Shown here: in pieces, positions 51,819 to 64,000 of the stretch
Position numbering within the stretch: position 1 is the first letter of the stretch
Layout of the letters: every line of letters starts with the position of its first letter
From: Raillietiella orientalis
Lineage: Eukaryota
Assembly (NCBI GenBank): GCA_036172245.1
Contig: JAYWIR010000008.1
Location: 1,984,001 to 2,048,000 of the forward strand
DNA length: 64,000 nucleotides
Reading direction: 5' to 3'
Notes under the pieces: model-generated
Database searches by the model: none
What the model saw: only the letters and a program-made list of their open reading frames with translations
What the model was told of the DNA's origin: nothing
Translations under genes and position numbers: made by a program

Positions 51819-54800
51819 TCATTTCCTCCCTCTCTTCCTTGCTCCTTTCAGCTCCGCCTTCCTGCTTTCAGGGGCCAGTTCGTCGATGATCAGCTGCTCC
51901 CGGAACTTGAGGTTCGCGTTGGATAGGTAAGCGTCGTTGTCCGGCAGCTCGTCGAAGTTTTCTGGTACGGAGGAAGGGAAGTCAGGAAGGTGCGGGAATG
52001 GCCGCAGAAGGAGCTCTAGCGTTCTGGTGCTGCGCAGGGCGAGAGGGGCAGCGGGCGAAAGCAGCGCGGAGGGGCGGGAAGCTACCTTTCTTGGGCTGCG
52101 TGACGACCAGGCTGACTCTCAGGGCGTCCGACCCCCTGAAGAGGTGTGGTTCTTCCGCTTCCGCTGCTTTTTCGGACTCCTTAGCTGCTCTGCCTTGGCG
52201 GAGGTCCAGGAATTTCTCTTCGTAGCGGATCAGCGAATCTGCCCGGCTACTCAGGGAGTCGATCTGGTCTGCGGACGGAGACTCCGGTGAGCCAGATGGA
52301 CTTCACTCCTTCTCCCTTGCAAGGACCCTTTCCTCCTCCCCTCCCGCGAACCAGGAACGGCTTTCTTGGAGAAGCAGTCCGGGTGCCATGAGACCGCAGT
52401 GGCGGTGGAGGCGGTCCTCACTTGGGAGGATCACGGGATTCCGAATTCTTTGCAACACAGGGAGGAAGAGACCCAGGACGAACAAGCAGAGTCTTCTCAT
52501 GCACCTCCTGTGATCATTCCTTAAACAAGCGGTAGAAATTCTCTCCATCCCTAGCCCTCCTCCCTTGTGGAAGCTCCGCCCTTCGGACGCGGTTCCCTGC
52601 CCGTGGAGGCCATCCATCTTAACGTAACCTGGAGACCGTCGTCGAGGATAGAAGTCGCCGATTAACCGCCTCTAGAGACACCAATTCTGAAATCCGGGAC
52701 ACAAAGGCGTCCAGAACACCGAGAAAGACCACACTTCAATTCAGTAATCTGATTCTCCGTTCCCAGGCATCGCCACCAGTTCACACGTGCCCTTAAAGGA
52801 TTTCTGGAAGCAGTGCCTGGGTCCTTTCGAGGCATCCTATCTCCCATTTCTGTTTCCCCTGTAGGGTCTAATGATTTGAAATCTTGACAGTGGTTTTCGG
52901 ATGAATTGGGATAGCCTGAAGCCCCTGGTGGGCGTCACAGAGGTCCCGTGGGCGCATCGATCGAGACGCTTGCGTCACAGTCTGTGGCGCGCCTGTTCGT
53001 TTGCTCCAGATTTTCGAATGCTGATTTCCCATTGTTCTCAGCAGGACAGCCTCGTTTTTCATTCCGATTTTCGGCTCTCAAGTGTCCTCATCAGTCCAAA
53101 TCCCGGGAGAGCTCAGGTGACTTCTCCAGCTGCTGATGTTTGCTTGTTTTGTTTGCTCCTCCTGAATTTGCGGTCAGCATCCTGAACATCCTAGACAACA
53201 AGGCGTGTCCTGCTTCCCAGGAGTAACACGTTTGCTCAGGAGCACATTTGGATAATCGAGGTGCAGGGTAAATCAAATTCCATCGTCCAAGAGCAGAGGG
53301 CTTCCTCCCAACCGAGAACCTTCCTTCTAGCAAGTTCGCCTCGAGCACACGTACCACATGGAGCTTTTGAGGAGAGAGATAGTTCTCCTCTGCGCGGAGA
53401 GAAATGCTCCTGCAGTACATAGGCATCAGTATCAAATAAGCACCCTCATTCTGCTAGCAGAAGAACGTGAAAGGACTGATGCAGGGTCACTTGTGTTTTC
53501 AGGACAAGAGCGGCGGTAGGTCACTGGACGTTTCCCGGAGCAAACTGGTTTCCCTGCCCATCATGAAATGCAAGCAGGAAGACCTCGAAGTCGACCGAGA
53601 ATCCTCCCGGCACTGTAAGTGGAAGGCGCTGCTCCAGGGAAGGCGAACGGATGGCACGCTCGAGCGCGCACAGAGTCCCAAATCCTTGGAACGTGGAAGT
53701 TCCCTCGCGAGAGAAAGGCAGGTTTCTAAGTGCGGAGTGGTGCATTGACAGGGAGAGAAAACAAGAAAATGGCTCCGGACAGTAGCATAGTTCGCAATGG
53801 GGACCTTCGAGGGGTAACTTCCTGATGTTCTGACGTGATCCAGAACAAGTTCAGGAAGGCTGTGCTCCGAAGCAACGTGCGGAACAGTCCATTATCCAGC
53901 CTTCTTTGAATCCAATATAAAAAGATGCATACAGGCAGGTTAAGTGAGACGATGACTTCCTCCCAACTTCCCCGTGCTGAACCATCCTGCCAACACGCAT
54001 CCCTCCCCACACTTCCGCCATTTACTGTCAGCCCGGGCTCACGGTCTTCAGCAAACATTCGCACTCTTTGCACAAGGGCTTCCGGAATAACCATGTAGCG
54101 AGTTACTCACTGCTTCAACATCATTATCATTAGATAATGATGTTGAGGGCTGTACTTCATTCGAACTGGCTACCTGGAGTTTGTTGATAACCACAGTCAC
54201 TGTTGACACTTCATAAACTCGATGACCTGCTACTGGATGTTGTAGCACGTCTGACCGCTGGGTTTCCGTTGCTCACCAGGTTGGGTATAAGAAACCTGAG
54301 CACCTGATTCTTGTTGCTAATTGTCATGAAACTGCCTGCTCGTGGGATTGCCGTTGGCTTGTGCTTCTCCTATTGACGTCACGACTACCATCTGCTTCCT
54401 TTCTTCACCTGTGTTCCCACTGGTGCTTTAGACAAAAGCCTTTCTAGAAGGTTTATAGCCATGTCTGCTTGATGCATTTCCTTCACCAAACAAGCCACCA
54501 TTTCATCAGTATCAGCATTACCAGCTTTTTTTTTTGGATACCGGAAAGGGATTTGTGCTTCCCCACTTCAACATCTCGTTCCAACTCGCTTCACAAGTGG
54601 TTCTGTATCGCCGGCAACGGCGGAACGGTCTTGGTTTGGCAACTGAGGAGCACACGTGAAGTTCAAAGTGCACGACGTGTAGAAATCCTCCGTCACCCTA
54701 AACGAAAAAAATGGTGGCCGTGTTTTCGGCGAGGTTTCCAGGGAGCGTATTTAAAAAAAAATGCGCTCAATGACGGGGGAGACTCTTCGAGAAAGAAGAG

Positions 54801-57800
54801 TTTGCTCAAAAAAAAACTCCGTTGCCTTGGCGACTCTGTGTCCTGATACCACTAAATGCCTTGGTGACTGGAAACAAGCCAACGCAAAATGACTCGTTCC
54901 TTTTGCACGGAATTCATAGCGCCATCGCTAGAGATGAGGTCCCACGCAGAGGAGAGCAGACGACTCCGGAGTGAGGACTCCAGCTGCATGGCTGCTCCTT
55001 CCGTGGAAACGAAAGAGCACTCTCCGAATCCACGAAATAATGCGTGCAATCGAGAAGACCAATGGAAACCTCCAACACTTCAATTAGATGGCGCTCTTCC
55101 TTTAGAAACCGTCTTCATCCTTTGATGCTCTGTTTACCGGTCCGTGTCTGCCTCAGACGGAATGAAAAAAAGAAGAGGTCGCCGAAGCAGCGGGCGTTTC
55201 CGAATCGAAAGTTGGCGGAGTGCTTTTTGGATATCACAGTCAAAGGCAAACCACAACTAGTCGCTCCCACGTCGACTGCGTCCAATGAAAGAAGGAAACG
55301 CTTTGATACTCGAGGAAGAAGATTTGCGGGATGAGGGAGAACGTTGCCTGGGATTGCACGAACAAGGCATTGTCTCCAACAGTGGCCGCTGAGACAAGAA
55401 ATCCCGGAGCCTTCTAAAAAAAAACACGATGCGCGAAGGAGTCCAAGTCTTCGTGGTCCCGGCTCTGGAAGGTCTCTCTCCTGATGGATGGCACGGAACA
55501 TCCCGCAATTCAGCAAGACCGGATCTCCGTTCCCGTTCGCTGGGAGAAGAGCAACGCCTCCTGACGGAGGCGAGCTAGAGCTTGAGCTCCATGGGGCTTT
55601 CCAAGGTCATCCTCTGCTACGGATCCACGAATCGATCCTTGTTCCAGAGCCTCTCTCTTCCCTGTACTTTGCACCCGAGGGAAGAGTCGGCACGCGCGCG
55701 CGGGGCAATACAACGCGATGGCCACACCATCAAAAAGGGGCAGGAGACGCGCGCGCCGTGTGGTGCTTCGCCGAGTTTATCCCGGCCCTGAGATCCCTCA
55801 GCCGACCCGCTCGTCCGTTCCATCCCGAGATCTTGCTCTGTGAAACCCCCGCACGGAAGGAGAACCGACGAGCGACAAATTCATCCGGGATGCCGGTTCG
55901 GGAGGCCATTGTTCCGCCTGGAGACGTGGGCTGATCCCGGCTGTTTGCTCCGGGTTAGCACAAAGTGGCTCCCTCTTTACGAGAGTTCATTTTCATCGGA
56001 AAGGGAAAAAAAGAAAAAGTCGCTCGTGTCTCTACAAGAGCAGCTTAAGGTGGTGGCAGCTGGCGGCGCTCTGAACCATGCCGTTAGTGACCTCGTAGTC
56101 AGGAACGTAGGTCGGGGTCGGAGTCAACAGTGCAAGGAGCCTATCGTTGGCGTCGCGCCCGTCGTCGTCACGTCTGACCACGTGCTTCAAGGTGCGGTTG
56201 TGAAAACTCTTCGCAGCGTGGTTTTCGCCACCCGCAAGTTTGCCCACACGAGAGCCCCTGCGTCCCTGTGACCTTTTCTATCCCCGTCAGCCTCTCCACA
56301 GAGGGGCTCAGACCGCAGCCTGAGGGGCTCACCTAGCAGCAGGCGATTTTGCTCCAAGACGTACTCCGCCGCCACTTCCAGCTGCGAATCCTTAGGGCTC
56401 CTCTGAGGGCGCGCTTCCGGTCCAAAGGACATCTCGCTCATCTGGAGCTCGGTTTCCAGGGAAGTGTGTTCCGTCGCTTCGAAGATCAGCTTCCGGATGA
56501 CCTGGGGGAGCACGCCGCGGTCTCTGGAGTCTCTGCAAAGCTAGCGATAGCGCGCGCGCGACGTGGACGTTCGTTCTCCGCGGCGGTGCTACCGCGGGAA
56601 GAGAATGCCCGCGAGCGTCCCTTTCCTCCGCCGTGAACCCTCCGGGAGGAAGAAATTCGCCTCTCCCACCTCAATAGCCAGGGAGACGGGAAAGATCTTC
56701 TTCTGGTAGTAGGGGGCTTTCCAGGCCAACCGGTTCATGAGGTTCTCCGCTCTCCTCCTCCTGGCCTCCAACAGCTCCAGGTCCTGGACGTACCTGAGGA
56801 AGAGTAAGGGCGGGGAGCCTTCGCGATGCGTCCGGCGGCCCTCACGACTTCGACTTCCGGAGCTGCTCCTCCTGCATCTGAGGGAGCGCCGCGGCTGCGG
56901 CCGCCAGCGACGCCTGGATCTTCCCCATCTTGACTCTGATCTCGTCCCGCTGGTGGAAGAGGCCTTCGCTGACCTCGATCTGCTTGCGGAACTGGGCAGG
57001 TAGGGCGGAAGCCCTGACCGAGCGGGTTGCCTCCTTCATATTCCGTATCCTCTCGTAGGCGTCGGCAAGACGCTCCTCCATTTCCGCCTCCTTCCCGTCC
57101 CTGAGCATCTTCTCCGACTCCAACTCTTGCGAGTAGCTGAAATTCTGCCGCCGGCTTCGTGGGATGCCTCCAGGGCGGCGTCAAACACGGTTACCCCCCC
57201 CACCCTTTCGGCGAGCGTCGCCTCGAAACTGCTCCCCCTTCCTCGAGAGCAGGACGGGGACAAGACCCTTCCCAGAGGACGCCCTTCCTCGAGGAAACCC
57301 GTGTCCGCGTTCGACGCCCTGGCCGGAGCGCCCAAGGCGACGCCTCCCAAGGAGATGCGCTGGGAAGGGACGAATGGCGCACGGTTCCCGCCTCTCCAGC
57401 AGAGCCATCGCGGAGTCCCTTCTCGGCGGGACAATCGGAAAGAGACGCACGGCATCCGAGCAGGCGGCGGCGCCTGCCCCTGCTTCCGGAGCCCCTCCCT
57501 TCCTCCTCCCCTCGCAGAGAGCGAAGAAGCGCTGCGGAAGGCCCTCAACGCGCCTCCTTACTGCTCGGGGCTCAGCGTTCGTCTTCCGATCCGGTCGTTT
57601 CTTGCGCCTTCCCTTCCAGAGCGCTGCAATGACTTGCAGCGCTCTGGATGGTCAGCGCGGGAGGAAGTCTTAGAGCCTCCTGGAAGAGTCCTGCCCGGAC
57701 CATTCGATGGTCACGAGGAGGGAGTCTGATCCAGCCGAGAGCGCGACCCACTCCCTGCAGACGGCGGCTTCCTTCCTGACCTTCTCCTCTTTCTGGAACA

Positions 57801-60800
57801 TCTCGCCGTCGACCGGCTCCTCTATCTGCTGCTTGAGGGAGTTGATGACCGCCTCCCTGGCGGTGCTGGCCTTGGCCATCTCCTGCTCCAGGGACGCAAT
57901 CACCTTCTTGTAGTGGTTCTTGCTGGCACGGGCGCACAGGACCACCTCCCTGAACTGGATCAGGTTCAGGAAGTACTGCATGACTGCGAGGCTCAGAGCT
58001 TCGAGTTGCCTCGGCAACACGATCCTCTCCTAGAGAGTGGAGCGGTCAAAGGAGAAGCAGAGGCCTCCACCCGGGCAGCAGCAGCAAACTGCCCCTCAGC
58101 CTCCCCACGGATGCAAGGGAAGCGGAGTCGTGCCCGGGTCGCCGCCTCCGCGCTTACCGCCTGTGCGCACTCCAGGATGACGTTGTAGTTTCTCTGCATG
58201 CCCGAGGCGGCCTGCTGCTTTTCCGAAAGTCTGTTGATGGAGTTGTACAGCTGGATGACCCTCTTCGATATGCCCTCCGCGTGGGCTCTGTTCAAGTCCC
58301 GGATCTGCTCGGCGGAGTCGAACAGCATCTGCATTGAGACGTCCGATATCCCTTCCGGGAGGCGCCTCCGAGGAGAGATTCGGGAAGGGAGAGCGGGATC
58401 CGCGTCTCGAGGCGATCTCTCGAGGATGTTCCAGGGCGCTCTCTCGTCCCGGTCCCTCCCCTGTCCCCAACGGCTCTCTCACCCTCATCTCGACGATCTG
58501 CTTCCTTCTCTTTTCGACCTGGTACTGGAGCTCGCTCAGCTTGTTCCTCAGGATCCCTCCCCTGTACTCCAGGTAGGCGATGGAGTCCTGAAAACCACGG
58601 AAGCGTTACCGTCGTTTCCGTGACTGGAGATGGTCTCGCATGCCCGAGGGCGTGCGCAGTAGCCTCTTGTTGCTGTCCGGAGAATGGATCTCGAGCACGC
58701 ACTGGCAGAAAGGCGATCCTCCCGCTGCACACGCGGCTCCTTGATGACCAGCATCCGGCACGACACCTGCGGCACGGAATGCTGGAGGAAGGAAGGATGG
58801 AGTGCAGTGGTGGGTGCTGCTAGCGCTCTTGAGGTCGGGAACGAGAAGAGAGCTGCCCGCGACGTTTCCAGGCAACCGTGTCCCGTTGTCTTCGGACCTA
58901 GGAGAGTGGGGAGCGGCAGCCCGACGAAACGCACCGAGGCTTAGCTCTGGAAAGGAGGGGAGGCGGGCGAGGGGAGCCGCCTGCGCCATCACGCTGGATG
59001 GGATTCCATACTTCCGGACGCGCCGGCCTCGCATCTCCCTCGCTGTATACCACTTGGCCACCAGAGGACCAGGATTGAAAAATCTTCCCTACCTCCTTCC
59101 CCATCCCAGAAACAGCTCACTCGGAGCCCCCTTTTTCGCTACTTCCTGCTCATCCACCCGACCGGGAGAACCACACTCCGCGCGCGACCTCCGAAGGGCA
59201 GAGAGAGCTCCCTGGCAGTCACATGCACCTGGGACGGGACTCCCCAGCGCGCCCAAGTCTCACAGGGACCGCAGAGGAATTGGGGAAGGGGAGGAGGAGA
59301 TCGACGTTCTGCTGATCATCACTCTAGCTCCTCTCTTCGAGGAGCAGGATGCGGACTCAAGGAAGGAGGGAGGGGCCAACCGGAATTGCTCCCCTGGAGT
59401 GGAGGCGGCGGCTGCAAGGGCTCGAAGGAGTTGCCGGGAAGGACAAGGCCCAAAGGGTACGGGCCGGAGCGATGAGAGGAAGTCGGGCACTTCCTGGTTC
59501 TCTTGGGCCCACTTGAGTCAGAGGTGGAGAATGCCTCGTGAGTGAAGGAGCCGGCACTGTGGAGCGGGGTCGAGTGTCCCCACTGGACCGCCTTCGGAGA
59601 AGGAGATGGAAGAGACGTGGACTTCAGAGGATGTGAGAAAGGGAACAAGAAGAGGGGAGAAGGAAGGGAGAAAAAAGGAATGGCAGTTGGATTTGCGGTG
59701 AAGGAGATGAGGGAAGGAGGAGATGGGGAAGAGAGGAAAAGGCAAGGCTCTTCTGTCTCCGAACGTCTTAACCTCGGAACGGAGAACTCCGGCAAGGAGG
59801 GGAAGAGCATGACGGAAAGTCTCCCGAAACCTTGCCGTCCCTACAGCTCCTCCTCGCAGGCGATTTTGGCAACGGCCTACCGAATCCCGGCCCCATGCTC
59901 CTCTGTTTTTGCGCGGCTGAGCTCCTCGGACGGCCTCTGCCGTCCAGGATGCCTCCCGTCTCCTTCCGGCAAGCACCCTCCTCCACCCCCAGATGCCCTC
60001 ATTGCTCACTGTGCTTTCCAGCCCCGAAGAGAGACAATATGAAAGGCAACTCCCCTTCCCCTGAGGACCGCGAGAGGCCAGAGAAGCTGGACAGAGGAAG
60101 GAGGGAAGGAAGGATGGCTGTTCCGGGACCTCGGAACGCCACGACCTGCGGAAACAACCCTTTCCAGGAATGATGCACGTCTGGAAGGGATGGGGAGTGA
60201 AAGAGTCCCGCCCTGTCTTGTCGCTCCTCCACGAAGCTGTGGTCCGTCACTGAGACGATGAAGCTCTCCGGATGACAGCATTCGCTTCGTCTGTCTCCAG
60301 GAGATCCATCTCCAAGCGTCTGCAGATGGCCCCACGGAACCCAGGCCGCATGCGGCGAATGGGGTGGGAGGACTCCGCTTATCTCTTCCAACCCCTCTTG
60401 CTTTCTCCTCTGACTCTCTTGCTGGGGACGCACCCTCCCACCCTCTGCTGCTCTTCTCAGTCTCCCTTCGGGCCCCCTAGCAGCCACCTTCGCACCGCGC
60501 CGTTTCCGTGGTGTCACGAGAGGCGGCGGACCCTCTGACCTCTGGTGTCTTGTTCTGTAGGATGCAGTTGAGCAACTTGTCCTCCCCAGAGATGCGATGC
60601 AGCTGCCACCTGGTCACGCAGCATCCCGTCTCAGCTTCCGTCAGTCTCTTCTTCAGGTGTGCGATCTCCTCTTCAAGCTCGGAGATGTGGGCCTCGTCAC
60701 GCGTCCTCAGCAGCTCGGAGTCCTTCTCGAAGGCGTGCTTGTTCTGTCCTAGGAACAAGGCGGGTGAATGGGTTTGAAAGGGCACCCTTCCTGCAGCCAC

Positions 60801-60910
60801 CCACACCCTTCCAGCTCACTCATGGTCTGGATCTTCCTTTTCATGTCCTCCGGCGTCTCCCGTAGATCCATCCCGGTCAGGTACCACTCCTTCTGGAGTT
60901 TTCCGACCAT
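51819..60910 (-). CDS. CCDC151: Outer dynein arm docking complex subunit 3 (CCDC151-like), ~587 aa; exons 60910-60820, 60748-60540, 58587-58483, 58328-58158, 58029-57752, 57136-56846, 56793-56670, 56501-56333, 52268-52086, 51961-51819
   Basis: 10 GT-AG exons in compatible phases sum to 1764 nt and encode a coiled-coil protein. Landmarks follow CCDC151 order: KRKIQTMRQNKHAFEKDSE (~QKKIQLLEGDRKAFFESSQ), LQNKTPEDSIAYLEYR, SLEQEMAKASTAREAVINSLKQQIEE, MKEATRS...AQFRKQ, and C-terminal LRVSL...FDE...NLKFREQLIID. An extra 5' exon is possible. Confidence 0.8.
52660..54300 (-). mobile_element. Decayed RTE-clade LINE (RT region) in a CCDC151 intron
   Basis: In order: 'YCRSISL' (~NYRGISL), 'LLEGRF...LIYPAPRLSKCAPEQ' (~LPESQCGF...MIFAARQLQEKCREQ), 'GMK.RGCP' (~GVKQGCVL), 'RDLCDAHQGLQAI' (~RDLLFADD...AH...LQ). 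Confidence 0.55.
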
Positions 60911-61069
60911 CCTGATCCGAAAGCACAAGGGAATCGGCACCCCCGAGCCAAGTGGACCTCCTTCTCAGGAGGAGAGTTGCTTCACCGATCCCTTTTCCCC
61001 CCACAGAGGGCAGATTTGTCGATCTGGTCCAAGATCCGGCAACCCCTGTTCTCGGCGCCGAACCAAGCG

Positions 61070-61083
61070 GTTTCCGAGGAAAC
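61070..61083. promoter_or_regulatory. X-box (RFX)-like palindrome GTTTCC-GA-GGAAAC upstream of CCDC151
   Basis: Matches the GTHNYY-NN-RRNAAC X-box pattern and lies 160 nt upstream of the predicted ATG of a ciliary gene. Confidence 0.5.
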
Positions 61084-61249
61084 GGAAGGGCGAGGCCCTG
61101 GGTCGAAAATCGAAATCCCTCCTACACGCATAAGCACGAGTCCAGAGAAATGTGGATTTCTCTCGAGGGGGAGGAAGGGCTACTCGTTGCCTCGCGACTC
61201 TACGGTTGATCGAAAGTGGGTAGGACGGTCCGGTACCTTCAGCGCCAGC

Positions 61250-61257
61250 TGACGTCA
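61250..61257. promoter_or_regulatory. CRE palindrome TGACGTCA in the putative CCDC151 promoter
   Basis: Perfect 8-bp CRE/ATF consensus about 340 nt upstream of the ATG; function unverified. Confidence 0.25.
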
Positions 61258-61515
61258 CCATGCCCCATCAGCTGGGTGCAGGTGGCACCGCCTCCCGTTC
61301 CGCAGTCAGCTCTTCTGACTTCTCCTGTCCTTCATCCTCCTTTTCCAGGAGTCTGCCTGGAGAGGAGGATCCTGGAAAAGAAGGATGGATCTCCAGAGAG
61401 TTTTGAGGAAGGCTGAGGAAGGACCGGCGAAGCTTGCCCTTTCCTCGCCCCTCCTCCCTCCACATAGACCCCCCAGAAAGTCCTTCCCAGAGGGCTGAAG
61501 GCGGAATTCTCTGTC

Positions 61516-61521
61516 TTTATT
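61516..61521 (-). promoter_or_regulatory. Candidate polyadenylation signal of the CUB-domain gene
   Basis: AATAAA on the minus strand about 235 nt after its stop codon. Confidence 0.45.
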
Positions 61522-61753
61522 CGCTCTCGAGGGCTGGCCGCGGTTCGCAACAGGGCACGGCGGCCCCAGATGGCCCGCGTGTTGGCGCTGCTGAGGCGGC
61601 GGCGAAGAGTCTTGTAGGCGCCGTCGTTGGCTGCTGGCAGGGCTATTAGGCGCCGAACGCCGCCTATGGGAGACGGCGCAGCGCAAAAGAGCAGCGGACG
61701 GGCGAATGTATGTCCGAGAGAGGCGTCCCGGTCTCTCCCTTGGGAAAAACCAT

Positions 61754-62399
61754 CTAGCAAGGCTGCTGGTTGTAGCGGATGCAGAACCCGGAGCTGAGGA
61801 TGTCCGGCTGCCTGACCGGAGGCATCGCCATCGTGTCGACGTACTCGACCTGATCGGTGGTGAAGCGGATGATGAACGGCTTCTTGTTGGCTGGCGGGAG
61901 GGAAGGAAGGAGGACGAGAGGGAAGGGAGCGGAGGTGAGCCCTGGGGGGACAGAGGAAAAGGGCATTGGTACTCACTGCACACGGGGGCGGCGACGGTGT
62001 TCCCCATGGTCGCCACGGCATCCGCCGGGGGCTGCAACGTGCCCCCGCAGAAGCGTTCCGCACGGCAGGTCGTCGATGGCCCCACTCCCGAGGAGCCGCA
62101 GGGCACCTCCAGGAAGTCGGTTGGGCAGTTGGTGCCCGCCATGAAGTTGTTCGATCCGGCGTAGATCATGTCGGAGGTCGGCATCGAACCGGTGGCCAGG
62201 ATGAAGTACAGCGAGAAGGACCCGGACTTGGAGTTGGTGTTGCACTGGGTCAGGCAGACGGAGCAGAACCCGGACTCGGTGCGCATGCACATGGAGTAGT
62301 CCTGGAGCGCCAGGTGGCGCCCTTGGTTCTGAGGGAGCCAGTTGAAGCTCCAGATCGTCCCCGTGGAAGACATGAAGTACTGGAGACAGCCGTCGGGAG
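61754..62399 (-). CDS. Arthropod-type secreted CUB-domain protein, last two exons (62399-61977, 61890-61754); 5' exons not found in the window
   Basis: APDGCLQYF...GTIWSFN...HLALQDYSMCMRTESGFC...CPTDFLEVP...RFCGG...VC|TNKKPFIIRFTTD...GFCIRYNQQPC* is the typical C-terminal CUB-like domain of this arthropod family. Canonical splice sites are in phase. Confidence 0.8.
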
Positions 62400-64000
62400 C
62401 TGAAAGGAATCGCTCTTGTTGGGCGCGCTGAGTTCGCACCTCTCTCTTCTGACCTGCGCATGCCCTACGGCCCGCCCGCATTCCGGGACCTCGGAGGGAA
62501 CAATCCGCCTCACTCTGAGCCAGCTTCGGCGTTCCCGGAAAGGGAGGCGGCAGTTCTGCTCTCCTTCGCATTCACGACTCCCTCTTTCACTTCCACTTCC
62601 CCCAGACCGAGGTACTCTTCTCCCTCCCCTTTCTGTCTCTCCCCCCGTCTCTCTCCCCCAGAGGGTCTTAGGCGTCCGTGCGACTCCCATGGCGTTCTGG
62701 AGGCGATGTGAACTTTAGGACCACTCGGGATCATTCTCAGGGAACCACCCCATCGCTGGGAGGAGGTAGGGCTCAGAACCAGAAGCCGGGAACTCTCATC
62801 CTGGGTCCCTCGGGTGAGGTTCGTCACGAAAGATGCCAGATCCACCATCAGGTCCGGGGCGCCGTTTTCCAGCGGTTTCTCCGCTTTTCCTGCACCTATC
62901 GTGAAGAAGCACCTATCGGAGGACTCAGACGCCTTCCGAGGTCATAAACGAGGCTCCAGGAGTCGACGCCCTCTCCGGGACGCTTCGAAGATGCGAGCCG
63001 ACCCCTTCCGTTTCCAAGCTTCTCATCTTCAGTGTAATCGAGGCTCGCCGTCTTCCAGGTGGCTTGCAAATACTGCCACCTGGAAGGCTCAGTTTGTCTC
63101 TCTCTTCAGCCACCATAGTCCCGCCGTTGGCTCCATCTTCAGCTACCACGAGGGCGCCGCGACTCATCCCTTGCATGTGCAGCTGGGTTCCTTGGGACTC
63201 TTCGAAGCCGGGGGAGTGGAAGTGCGAAGAGATCCCAAGAGCGGAGCCCGGTTTTTGTGCTCCACCACTGATCGAGAGAATGGAATTTGTCGCTGGACTT
63301 TGGGATGCTGCTCCACCGCGTCCATGTCCCCTCCAGCTCAAGAAATTTCGCCTCCTCTGTCAGTGTGTTGGGTCAAATGCAGGTCGCTCGATGTCCGCGG
63401 CCTTTCCCATTGTAGGCGGTCAGTGGGTCCGCCGCATCAACATCGAGAGCCACAGGAAAGATTGTGAGAGAAGCATCCCGTCCAATGGCTAAACGCGTTG
63501 GCGGCTCCGCTGGACATTCCTCGGAGGATCTGCTTTCACGGAGGAGGGGAGGGGGGAATCCGGCTGCAGCGTCGCAGAAGCTCCGTCCGGAAAGGCTCTC
63601 CACTCCGACGCGCTGGATCTCGTGAGGCTGACAATACATCAGATGCGATTTGGGGATGCTGATCGATGCGATGGAAAACCAGCATCCTTTTCGGCTCCTC
63701 CGTTCCTTCGTCCTCCTCGACACAGAGAGACGGCGCGGCGCGAAAGCGGTAAGTTGCGTCCTTTTGCGGATTAGCGGTGGATCGTCTGTGGCTCCGGCGT
63801 CTCCATCTGAGGCAATGAGACGGCAGCAGCGTTCTTTAGGAGGAAGGATAACGAGCTGCGGACCCTCCTTGACTAGGTGTGGGACCTAATTCCACCTGTT
63901 GAAGCTCGCTGGGAGGGGGCTGGCCGGTGGCACCGCTGCTCGCGCATCGTCCCAGTCGCCACCCGTTCAGAGAGTCACCGTCGGTTCGCGGCTCCTCAAG

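Noticed and set aside
52307..52364. Extra CCDC151 exon (ESRSWFAGGEEERVLAREKE)
   Set aside because: Its end phase would put a stop in the next exon, and 56333 joins 52268 in frame without it.
61306..62571. 421-aa ORF as a single CDS
   Set aside because: Only 62399-61977 is coding; the rest is intron and off-frame read-through.

Overview
This is eukaryotic (invertebrate, probably arthropod) genomic DNA with spliceosomal GT-AG introns. Almost all ORFs in the supplied track are spurious or single exons. Manual splicing recovers five genes: (1) a small single-C2H2-finger gene on the minus strand, about 5.8-6.7 kb; (2) SNX13 on the minus strand, 17 coding exons, about 936 aa, with TM-PXA-RGS-PX-Nexin_C architecture; (3) LRRC27 on the plus strand, head-to-head with SNX13; (4) CCDC151/ODAD3 on the minus strand, 10 exons, about 587 aa, an outer dynein arm docking complex subunit with an upstream X-box-like palindrome; (5) the last two exons of an arthropod CUB-domain gene. 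Introns and intergenic DNA hold many decayed RTE-like LINE fragments, a Gypsy-like RT remnant, a 61-bp TTAA-flanked Kolobok/T2-type MITE and another inverted-repeat element. The most unusual element is a family of long tRNA-headed SINE-like repeats: four copies whose body is a tandem array of GC-rich hairpin modules enriched in cUUCGg tetraloop motifs. Homology calls come from recalled motifs, not database searches. No prokaryotic systems, CRISPR arrays or intact transposases were seen.
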